A stretch of DNA of 64,000 nt, from contig OZ260665.1 in NCBI GenBank assembly GCA_965285935.1, positions 5,704,001-5,768,000 of the forward strand, written 5' to 3'. Each line of letters starts with the position of its first letter. Position 1 is the first letter of the stretch. Origin of the DNA: Ophelia neglecta (Eukaryota). Below the pieces are notes generated by a model, which was not told the DNA's origin, made no database searches, and saw only the letters and a list, made by a program, of their open reading frames with translations. This document shows positions 39,501 to 50,857 of this stretch, piece after piece. Made by a program: the position numbers and the translations under genes.

Positions 39501-42500
39501 ATATTTATTTGATCCCAAAAGTGGTGATATATTTTAAGATAAAAATCATATTAGTTTTGAATTGATGAACAACATGACTCTTACAAAGGTAACAGCAATT
39601 ATGTGGTAACATTTCATTCATAGTTTAACAACAGCATCGACTACGAAGAACTTTGTTTTAACCTTTGGTGCTATGTTCCGGGTGTGGGTTGCAGACAATC
39701 TGACAGCATTGTTCCCGCCGAAGGAACGGACTGCACGCCCTCTGGCGATGGCTCCAAGGTGAGCTATGATTATTTCGACACCCGTACACAACAAATGTGT
39801 TCTTCTAATGATGATTCAATACTAATATAATCCCTGCTAATATATTTACTTATATTGTGCTGACACGTCATTCTCTATCAGGATATGCTAGATCATGGCT
39901 TGTCCTAACCTGGCCATTGAAATTGATTGATGTCTGATTACTCCAGAGAGTGCAAGTAAATAAAGGAACATTAATTCATTACACCTTAATAAACCCATTT
40001 CCACATCAGCTCCACTGCATGACCGTATTTTGTGATATGCGGCGATTATTGCAATGTCGGGTCCTCCTATGCTAGTGCTGAACTCAACCGCTTCCTATGA
40101 ATCCGCAGATTTGAGCCTGGTTCCGCGCAAATAATGAAGTGCGTGTGCCCTAGTCTATTTCGCCTTCCATTAGCCGCCATCCCATGGGGCTAATTAACGG
40201 AGCAATATTTTAAGTTAATCGGGTGCTCCAACACGAACAGGCAGCTGGGAAGAAAAAATCTTGCCCGCAATTGCGGGCTAAAGCATCCAAAGCCAAACAT
40301 CGCGTTTGACCTTTTGCTAGCAGACAGCTATGTACCACCGTGTCTGTGAGAGGTTAATACCAAGATGAGACCATCCCAGTCAGCGGACAGTATGCATTCC
40401 TCCAAATGTAGTGGTTTAGAGTATCTAAACTTGATTTGTGTTGGCTAGAACACCATGTTAACAAGTAAAACAAAGAAAACGTTACCAGAAACCATGTATG
40501 ACTAAACATTGACTGTTAAAAGACTCCACCGTGGTAATCTGTTATAAAAGCGATTTGTTCTTGTTACGAGTAACTTAAGCTGGTGTTGTCTCTGTCTCGT
40601 ACTTTGAGGCCGGGGTTTTATTTTGTGCTTTTGGACCAATAGATGAACTGCATAGAAAATGTATCTGTTGTCACAGGTAATTGATTAGAAAATTAGTTGA
40701 ATGGATAGCCATTCCTAAAACCAATACTAATAATGCAATATTCGCTTTCAACAGGTTTGTTCGCGAGCACGGTGTATTGAAAAGCTGCTAACTCTCAACG
40801 GTAAGTAAAAAACACATTCATAATTTATTCTATCGGTTGAAATAGTAAGATCGGCGTATTTTTGCGACCCAGTTAATTAGTGGATAATTCTTTAAATGCG
40901 TAATGTAATAAAGTCAATAGTGTGTTTTTAAAATGTGGATAGTTGACATTGTTCCTCTACGAGAAAATGTAATCTTTTTGTATTAATTGCATGAGACGTA
41001 TTTTCGATTATCCCCGTTCAAACCAGTAGTACGGAGCAGTATATTTAGTCGTAATGTTTACTTTCTTATTGCAGATATCGAATCTTGTACGCCGACATCT
41101 ATCGGTCTGGAAGTACCCGATAGTACGTTATTTCGAACACAAAGTAGCCTAATACTACTTTCAATTCATTACTTATAGAATTAAACCATAATAAAGGAAG
41201 AATCGATGCGACAGTTTGTTGTGTATAGTGCTATAATTCGTTCTAATATTTGTTATTTGCAGGCTGTTTCGAATTAGACCCCGAGTTTGCACTCTCAGAT
41301 GGATCAAACACAACCTGTTCTGCTTATGTCAACAGTTATCCAAGATCTTGTAATTCAGACCCTGCGGTACAGAAGTATTGTTGCTTCTTTTGTAAAGCAT
41401 ATAACAACACTATTGGTAAGTACATTTTATTGCAGCTGACTATTCCTGTTGATTTTGGACTGCAATAATGATAACTAGCTACTCCGTTGCTACAATAATA
41501 CTTGTACAATAACTACATGTGAGGTCATTGTTCTTAGTATGCCCAGATGACTACGGCTTCACACTTTCACAACTTACATGTGAAGACATCACTGAGCAAC
41601 ATCCTTCACTTTGTCTGACCTTTCCCAGAGTCACTGAGTTTTGCTGCGCTGCTTGTCATCGTGCCGGACTGGTTTACATACAACCCAGTATGTACTGTTA
41701 CTTTTTTCTGAAACATACATGTTTTAACGCAACTTTGAACACATTTTGTTACCATATCATATTGGTTTATGTACAGAAATTGCCTTATTTCTAGCAGCAT
41801 CAGAATCGTCTACTGCAACAAACACAATTCCTGAAATCACTACGAGCACTACCGCTGCGGCATCCACTACAACTACCACGGATTATACATCCACTGCAAC
41901 TACTTCAGACGCTCCATCCCCTACAACTACCACAACTACTACACATACTCCATCTCCAACAACTTCAACTGGTCATCCATCTACTACAACTACTACTGTT
42001 GCTCCATCTCCCACTATTACCACTGTTGCTCCATCGCCCACAACTTCAACTGGTGATCCATCTGCTACAACTACTACTGTTGCTCCAACTCCCACAACTA
42101 CTATTGAGACTCCATCTACAACAACTACTACTAATTTTCAAACTACCAACACAACTTTTAATACTTCGTCAAGCACAACCACTGCGGTTTTTCAACCCAC
42201 AATAGTCACCACAACTGTGTCTTTGCCAATCACAAGCCAGAACACATTCGCGGATCCAACAAGCACTCCTACAAGGGTTCCCGAGATTAGCACCACCTTA
42301 CCGGAACCTGTGGGTAAGTTTGGCACAATTCGCATTTAGTGCGCTCCATTTATTTCAGAAATCATATGGACGTGAAGGTGTTCGTTTTTAACTCTGTCTC
42401 ACGGTGCCACTGTTGCCGCAGGCTGACTAAATGATTTCGCTACTAGCGGACATGAGCGGGGTTTATCAATTGCCATATTAATGGAGTTTTTTCGTCTTTT

Positions 42501-45500
42501 GAACCCTTCTACCTTTTATTTCTAGAAATCATTCATATTTTTACCTTTATAAGCAATCAAACATGCGTTTATATAAGACATGCGTATATATAATAAGCTA
42601 TCCGTAATCTCAACTGGTTACCTATAAATGAAACACAGGATATATCCTTAATCACGGCTGGTCACTTTTGATAACTGCCTATGGTAAAGAAAATCCTATT
42701 ATAGCAAGGGAAGGTCCAATGCTGGTAAAGAACTCATTAAAACCATTGACTATGACCTGTTAGTCAGATTCTAACCTGCCATTAATATCAAAATTCCATT
42801 AATATCAAAATTCCTTTTTACTAGTTCTATTTAAAATATCGTTAATTGTAGTCCATGTCGGTTTAATGTCATTTCTAAATTTGAGAAAACGAGAATCATT
42901 ATGTTGTCTTTCTTTTGCTAAAAATATATTTCGATTGAGGATTGTGTTGTAAGCACTAAGATCAGATTTCAGAGTTTTGTATATACAAACATAAAAACAT
43001 ACACATTGATTGTCTCTCACAAGTAGAGAGCGGCAAGTATAATATCCCGTATATCTTAGAGGTGACTGGAGTGTATCCGACCCACGGACCTGTATCAGGC
43101 GGAACAAGGGTGATGATCAGCGTAACTGGGCTCCGTCAGGACGATCTAGCAGCGGTCCGCATTGGACCGCAACAAGCTGACCAGCACAGCTGGTAGGTCT
43201 TTGATAGTAGAACCAGTCTTAGTATGGTACTAAGTGTAAAAGTTTACGTCAAGTCGGTTTTAATAAAGCAGACAAAGAGTGAAATATCGAGGTGACCTAT
43301 ATGCCAAACCGGTGCCTGGCTGGCTTCGTTTAGATCCATTATATTTCAAAGTACCACCGATATTTAACTAAGTTTCTTATACCTGTTAATCTTTTTTAAT
43401 TTCATCTTAAGGTTTAATTTCATCTTGTTCTTAGGATATCCGGAGCTATAATCATCATCACCTCATTCGTTCATGATACCAACGAACCACAAAACATCTC
43501 GTTATTGCTGACCGACGACTCCGTGATAGGTTCATCGTTTACCTTCACCTACAAACCTGACCCAGTGGTGACTAACATCTACCCCCTAAACACCATTCGC
43601 AGGTCTGTGAAAATCATGCTGCAATTTTACAAGTACACACGGCACAATCTATTATAGCGATTCAGAAACTCTAGCGCAGGCTGATAGGATGATGAACATT
43701 CTCTGCCTAAAACACGGCTCTTACGCAGGGAAGGGTAACGAAATACGTTTTTATCTTTATGGCACCTGGTTTCCGATTGGGCCTCTTCGGTTGTACCAGC
43801 ATTAAAAACAGTTTTCATAAGGTTAGAAATAAAGCAAACTATGAATTATTATTCATCGATGATGTTTCTTTGTCTGCCTGGTGTCCACTACTGTTTATTA
43901 AAGATATCTTGGTTTTGATACGTTTTTTATATTAATTAACCATGCTTCAACCATATAACCAGGGATATCCAAGTCCAAATAATGTAAACTTGCAGTATTT
44001 TATATAATTGTACCTCTGACAGGTTAGCTCTAATTGAGAATAGAGAATTCAGGTCTAAACGTTTAGAGGATATAATCCCAAAAAAGGCACGATCGCACCA
44101 TGTTAAACTGGCAATAACTAATATCTTACTTTGTTTAGGCCTTGTGCTGCTGTATGTACTTAAATATGTGGTTTTTAAATTTGACTGTTTAGGAATTGTT
44201 TCTTATTATAAATGTGAATTACACCTGGCGATTGATGTATATAGGCATAAAAACATAGTACACCTGTAGCATGCGTGAAAACCTACGATGAAGGGAGGTA
44301 ATTCAAACGTTGCTAAATGTGGCTTATATTTGCCTGTAGTGGTGGTACTAAGCTAAACGTCGAAGGACAGAACTTAGACTGTGTGATATATGTGCCTTAC
44401 ATTTTAACTGTAGTGGCGGTACCAAGCTGACAGTCGAGGGACGGTACTTAGACTCGGTGGCGGAGCCTGTATTACAACTCACTATCATCCCAGTAGGAAC
44501 TCCGGGGGCCAGAAGACGACGGGAAGCCCCGGAAGACGTCACTTTAACAAGTGTCAGTTTTACCTTCAATATATTAAGCATATAAAATTGTTGATTTTGT
44601 CTGAACCAGGGATCATTTCTGATGTTTGGATGCATTAGAATATTTTAATATTCAGTAAATCATTCACCCCTGAAGAGACCACTTGTCATGCGAGACCAAT
44701 AAATCTAGACTTAGGCATGGTCGCTGGTCAGAATATAATATACCAAATACAATATGCGTGATATTTTATCTACTGAAGGGTTTAACAGGAAAATGGGATA
44801 ACCATTTCAGGAATGTCTCAAGGAGACGGTAACTTTTAGTCGAATGACATGTCAGACTCCGAACACGACAGAATACATCAGTCAGAACCCTAACGAGGAG
44901 TACGACTTGTATATGGGCCTGGTGTTAGACGGAGTGCCCACGTATAGAAACCTGACGGCAGTACTACCACAATACGGAGAGCTTAACCTTCATTCAGACC
45001 CATCCTTCACAACATGGTCAGGCGTGAAAGTGATTGAACCAGGAAAGCATATCTCCGTAGAGGTGGGTGATGGTTTTTATTCTCTGGTCAAAATTACGAC
45101 CAACCCACATACCAATCATATCAATTTTAATTTGGTTCAATCATATCTATTTTCATAGTTTGGATTATACAAAAAGCCTAAGCCTTATCTATTGTATTTT
45201 CCAAAACGAAAAATACAAATAGACAAGCTTTTATTAGGATGAGGTGAGATTAGATGAATAGTTCGATACATATTTCAGTTCAGAATATAGATTTGCGTGT
45301 AGCACGTAGCACGCAAAGCACGTAACACATTATTTTGAATTTTGAAGCCGGTCGTTCCTTATGATTTCGGGCCGATTTAACGGACTGTTTTTGGTGGGTC
45401 CTTGACCTTGGTTGATGGATTTGCTTTGATTGCGTCATTTCAGCTCCCGTGTTCTGTTAGAATTGGCTTATATGCATGAACCATAGAAGGAAATATGTAT

Positions 45501-46961
45501 ACATCCTTGCTTGCATTATTCTTTATCTGGCGAGTTCTATTAAATAAAGGAACCCAAGATGGGGCGTTTCATAAGATCGCATTTGTTTATTCCTATGACA
45601 GACAAAGCTAAATAATGATCAAGAGTATACCATTAACTATGTCCAAAGTCATCAGGAACCAGCAGCCATACTACTAGCACCACATACATCAATAAATCAA
45701 TTCCTATCTCCCAAATAGTAAAAACATGTGATGAACCAAAGCATTCGAAAATGAACATTTGATATCACTAGCACTAAGAAGGTATACAAAATTGGAAAGT
45801 TTCCTTATGCAGGGTAACACTCTGGCGAAAGGATCTGGTATAGACGACTATACAGTTAAAATAGGAGAGGGTCGGTGTATGATGAAAGAACTACTGGACA
45901 ACGAGTTCCTGTGTCTCCCTCCTACCATACCGCCGCCACAAACCGCGGAGGACCAACTGTTAGGACCTAACGGCTACAACCTACTAGTACGCTGTCTATA
46001 TTTGAACTATGTATGAATTTGTTTTGGACCCGGATTCTGGAAGCATATTTAACTCATAACTTGGATTAAAATAAGTATAAAAGTGCTTAGTTTGCTGCTA
46101 TTCGATGTCCCTGGAAGCATAATTTGGTCCTAAACCTAGCCATTTGAGTCCTAAACTTAATCCTGGCCAATGCAAACAAATTCGGTGTCAGCTAAACGGT
46201 AGTAGCCTGATCTAATCACTAAAATTAAAACTGCTTCCAGAAACCGTCTGAATGTCCGATGAAATTAATGTATACTTATTGATTATTGATTATTGATTGA
46301 TTTCCAACCGCGTTTTTTCCCAGTGGCTGTCCTAGAGTAACAGATGAACTAATACTGATATTCAAATTGCATTACAGTTGAAAACAACAACTCGGTTTTT
46401 GTTAATTTATTTAATGTTCTTTTATTAAAGAATACAGCGAATTATTTCTTTACGTTTATGCGAGTTTTAGTTGACATGAATCATTATAACGCATAAGCTC
46501 TTCAGGATTATAATTTTTGTAAGCTCCACTTGTAGGTACGAGTTGGGTCCAGCGCTCTCAACCACGTGGGGCCGGTTCGCTATAAGCCCTCGAAGGAGTG
46601 GGATATATATGTAATAGCTGGATACTCGGTAACTGGGACGTCTGTCGTTATTGCCTTTATTATCGCATGCGTTTGGATTAGGGTCGGATGTAAAACCAGG
46701 AGAGAGATTACAAAACTAGAGGGCGACGACACATCGCCTGAAAGAACTAATCGTTATCACGATAACTTCAACCCCAATGATAGGGCAGTGGAATCACCTG
46801 GGTGGTCGTACGCGCCAAGGATAGTGGGACAGCAGCAAAGGGAGTGGGATTATCTGCCGCCTATAGACCAACGTGGCTACCATCGAGGATTCATTTTTCC
46901 ATATATAAACCCCTGGAAAACTCGCGGACCAAGTGTTGACAACGTTTATGAATACAACTGA
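33510..46961 (+). CDS. Membrane-anchored ADAMTS-like M12B metalloprotease fused to PLAC-like, mucin and plexin-type IPT domains (24 coding exons, about 1305 aa)
   Basis: Exons 33510-33591 (signal peptide MFCTRLTWIALGLCSMRSAPAIG), 33828-34048, 34422-34508, 35353-35512, 35831-35999 (RRHKR furin site), 36210-36288, 37020-37103, 37252-37415, 37536-37576, 37864-37969 (GLAWLGGVC...AAHELGH), 38589-38795 (NLGSKHD...YLMSP Met-turn), 39349-39490 and 39624-39758 and 40755-40800 (YSIDYQC...LWC...AEGTDC...C...C, ADAMTS Cys-rich), 41075-41122, 41263-41415 and 41538-41687 (C..C..C..CC..C), 41795-42313 (Thr-rich), 43027-43192, 43435-43602, 44414-44552, 44811-45062, 45813-45986 (IPT x3), 46536-46961 (TM and tail). 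Sum 3918 nt, frame open, all introns GT-AG except one GC-AG. Confidence 0.9.
42800..42980 (-). mobile_element. LINE ORF2 fragment (region between endonuclease and RT, CR1/L2-group-like)
   Basis: KTLKSDLSAYNTILNRNIFLAKERQHNDSRFLKFRNDIKPTWTTINDILNR resembles the Y.N.L...I..AK..Y....F.....D.K.TW..IN.IL motif of such elements. Confidence 0.55.
46031..46244. mobile_element. Probable MITE in intron 23
   Basis: Inverted termini ggattctggaagca ... tgcttccagaaacc. Confidence 0.45.
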
Positions 46962-47155
46962 AGAATGGTTAAGGCTCGGCACTATTTAAACTACGAACAT
47001 TCGGACTAACACTAAAACTTTGTTTTTGTAGAAGTATGTATGCAATATATAAATTAAGAAAATGTAGAACAATGTTGTACATAGGTTGTTAACAATGAAG
47101 CAGCTTGACCAGTAAGATTTCTCATTAACAATGCTGAAGAGTAACTGTGCGACTT

Positions 47156-47161
47156 AATAAA
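47156..47161 (+). terminator. Candidate polyadenylation signal of the metalloprotease-IPT gene
   Basis: AATAAA about 195 nt after the stop codon, followed by T-rich sequence. Confidence 0.4.
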
Positions 47162-49893
47162 AAACGCACACCATCATTGGTTCTAATGTTTATATCAATT
47201 TTTTATCCCAGTAGTACGGAATATTTGTTCCGAAAGGAATGAATTTACTGCAGCTTGCAATGAAATTTAAGACGATGCCGAAATGTATTTGAAACTTATA
47301 GATGTGTGATAGGATAAACAGACTATTTTCTTGTATCAGTTCATATGATTGTTTGCTTATTTTGGGTTTATAATATTATAACAATGCAATATGTTTATAC
47401 TTAACAATTTGTAATTCCTTACACACATATTGTCATTCACAGAAATTTCTCCACTGAACATCTTCCACGCCATATTTTCCCATCGGAATCTAGCCGATCA
47501 TACCATTTGACCAACTTCCGAGCCATACTCTCCCATTTGATCACCATGTGGTCAAATTATCTCCCCTCCCCCCCGCGAGTAACCCCAGTGCAGATAAGTT
47601 TAGTAAAGATTCATTATATTAACCTTCATATTCTTACATAGTTTATATAATCTTGTTTGAAGAAGACATATAAAAGTGTATATTTAATGACAATACGCCA
47701 CTGCTACTGGCACGAGTTCTAGCTGCCAGGAACTGTCTAACTAGGCCAAGTCTCTGACAAGACTACCTACTTTCATCTGGTGGTATATTCACAGGCCAAT
47801 ACGTGGAATTTAACTTTGGGATCCATCTTCTGAGTCAATTTGTGAAAATGTCTTTGGTACAAAAATATATCCTATAAACATACTGTGTCCACATTTAAAG
47901 TGTTTTGTTGCTCAAACGAAGGTTGTATTGAATGTACAATCCATTTTCTTATCATCGATGTATAGGCAAGGATATACATATATAGGTAGTGGTGGCGGGT
48001 TGTTAGACCCCTGTACATTCGTTGAATACAACAGTTCATTACCTGTTTGCATCGGCAATTCTGTTTATCTGGCATTAATACGATTAATAAAAATAATATA
48101 CCATAAGGCCATGGGGTCCATGTCAACAAGAAAAGATATCTCCATAAATATATAAATTTGGATGCCTACAATTATATCCTGAACCGACTTGACCGTTACA
48201 GTCCTGTCCACTATCTGTTTCGGCTTTATCTTCTATTACCTATGTGCTTACATGATTCATTCAAAAAGGACAGTAATAACTATTGTAATTTGTTCAGCAG
48301 AACGGATGGGAATAGGTGTAAGACAGTGTGAGAGGTAGGAGTTCAGGGTGTCTGGAAGTTTGTCTACGGCCTGATTTTGTATGGTCTGCGCAGAGTATTA
48401 TGACTAAATCTGGCAGTGGCTTCGCTTGGGACATGTTGCTATGTACAACAGTCGACAGTATAATAGGAGTGAGACGAATCTCAATGGCTGCCATGTGAGT
48501 TCCTGTGACCCAGATGGAATAACAGATAAATTGCAATAATGATTCCCCGTTTTATTGTCAACACAATAGCTATATAGTTCTTACAAACATTTCACTGGAA
48601 CGAAACTTAATCCAAGTGTCACCGAAATATCCCTAGGAAAGTAACATTCACCCACGTCTTGACTATCAAAAGAACTGCCTAAATCTGGTTTTGACAAAGA
48701 AAATCGCTCCCTTATATAGTGTGCCTATACCTCCCATTATACAGTCATGGTCCGACGCTCAGATGGACGCTGGGTGCCAAGCGAGCACTATCTTCACGGA
48801 GCTGCTCCGGTAGGAGTGAGAGCTATCGGTACAGTGAGGAGAGCTAGACTATGCCTGTTCAACTAATAGGCCTACCTAATGCAGGCTACAAGAGCAGTGA
48901 TAAAGTAAAATGCATGTGATGGGAGAAGTGCCCCCTCAAAACTGGGAATGGGAACTTTGTTTTAGGTAATGGGCCCATCACGAACAGTGGGCGCATCGCC
49001 AGGCTGAGGTTTTGGGGGGTTGGCATGTAAAGGAAGGAAGGGGGAGGTAAGCGTATGATCCATCCCCTGAGGAAGGGGACTGACAGAAAGTAGGCATGTA
49101 CAGTTATGGTGACCATTCATTCATGCAGTGATGATTCTAAGGCTAAAGGTCCGATCATTCTGGGAGAGAATATTAAGTATATTCCTAGTCTCAGGATCTC
49201 TAAATGTATGAGTAGGGCTGATTAAACGATTCAATCTCGTATTATACAGTAACAGGAATAAATATTCGATCTTATAAAAGATAGGACATTATTCCCATCC
49301 TCCTTTAATCATAGATATGCAAACTAAAAATCATTTTTTAATGCAAGCCAAACGATTATCTTGCAATTATTCAATTATTGTTTTGGGACAATCACACATA
49401 TGCTCTGACTGGCTGCCACAAAACTGTGACGTAGTAGTACTCTACGTTTCAGTATACACCAGCAACAACTATCTCCATAATTGGTTGAAATGACGTAGCT
49501 AAGGCTAATTTACGTCAAGCATTTACTAAGGTTGTGAGGAACTGCCCATAACTCGCTTTACTTTTCCAAGCATCGCAACAATTATCAACACATTTATTCC
49601 CTGTGTAGTTGATAACGGTCATACTCGGGCGGCCAATATTTGAACACTGACGAGGACGAGACTAAATATCCTCTTCCAATCACTGTTAGAGAGATAAATT
49701 AAACCAACAGCATTTCGACTGTATTTACAATCATTCATTAAAGAATATAATGGCCATCTTCGTAACAGAAGTTAGACCTATTTACCAATTTGCGCGAGGT
49801 GACTTCCGAACGCTGGAAATGTTTTACTTCTCGAGGTATCTAAAAATTGAATCAATCTTCAAATTAGCTAGTATCATACATCATAAATTTTAG

Positions 49894-50857
49894 AAGTGAC
49901 TAGAGTGTATCTTTCTTACGGGCCTGTATCAGGAGGAACGAGATTGGTTATCTGGTTGTGGCTTGGAGCCCGTCAACATTTAATAGCAGCGGACAAACTC
50001 CTCGGAAACAACAGCTACACTCTACGAGTAAGTTTCTACGATTACACAATCGCAGCATCACGCAAACCAGTTTGGTTCATCGACCTTACAATGGTTTTGT
50101 ATGACAATAAACACTGGTTGGGATATGCACCGCATAGGCCTTGGCATAATTATTGTCATTAGAACGGGAAGTGTGATTGTGTTTTTTTTTTTAATTTTCT
50201 TTGGGGGGGGGGGGGAGGGTGAAGGTCGGGCGGGGGGGGGGGTTGTAAAGTGTATGTAGAGGAGTAGGTGTGTGTGCGGGTGTGGAGGTAGGGGGGGGGG
50301 GTCGCTTTACTTTATCGGCAAGCGTGTTAGCTTATACGTTAGGAGACAAAAGACCATTTTCTTGAAAACGCTTAACAAAGGGGGCCCATAAAAAGTCATG
50401 GATTTATATAACTTAAATGGCATCGATCTTTGTTATCAAACTGATTAGTTTGTATACATGTGTACCTTTCAAATGGTACTTTTAAGGGGCTGGACATCCA
50501 CGCCTCTCCAGGTTTCATGGTTTGTCTCCATAGTATCCGTGGATATATTTAATGTTATTTTCAGGGTTTCCATACCTTTTTTGACTTGTATAATTGTACG
50601 TTATTATCAAGAACTTCCTCAAAATCCATATGGTTTATTATAAAAATTGTGTACTAACTTTTTGGCACCTTATATGGAGATTTAAAGTATTCTTAACCAC
50701 GATTCAGATGCAAGTAGGGGACAGTCCCGTCTACCAGATCGGGATAGTCCGATATGAGAAGGCGATGCAACCAAATGAATCTCTCATCCCCGGGTTGGCA
50801 GTCCTGTCAGTCGTATTTATCTTAACTGCCGTGACCGGTTTCCAGTATGCCAAATAA
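49894..50857 (+). pseudogene. Orphan paralogous IPT exon (49894-50027) and TM exon (50708-50857): a relic duplicate or alternative 3' exons
   Basis: tttag|AA GTG ACT...: VTRVYLSYGPVSGGTRLVI matches exon 19 VTGVYPTHGPVSGGTRVMI. ttcag|MQVGDSPVYQIGIVRYEK...LIPGLAVLSVVFILTAVTGFQYAK* matches exon 24 VRVGSSALNHVGPVRYKP plus TM. Splice sites are intact and the intermediate IPT exons are absent. Confidence 0.65.

Noticed and set aside
43027-46961. A stand-alone plexin or MET/RON gene
   Set aside because: No Sema, PSI, GAP or kinase exons and no separate start or signal peptide; the first IPT exon is phase-compatible with the upstream mucin exon.
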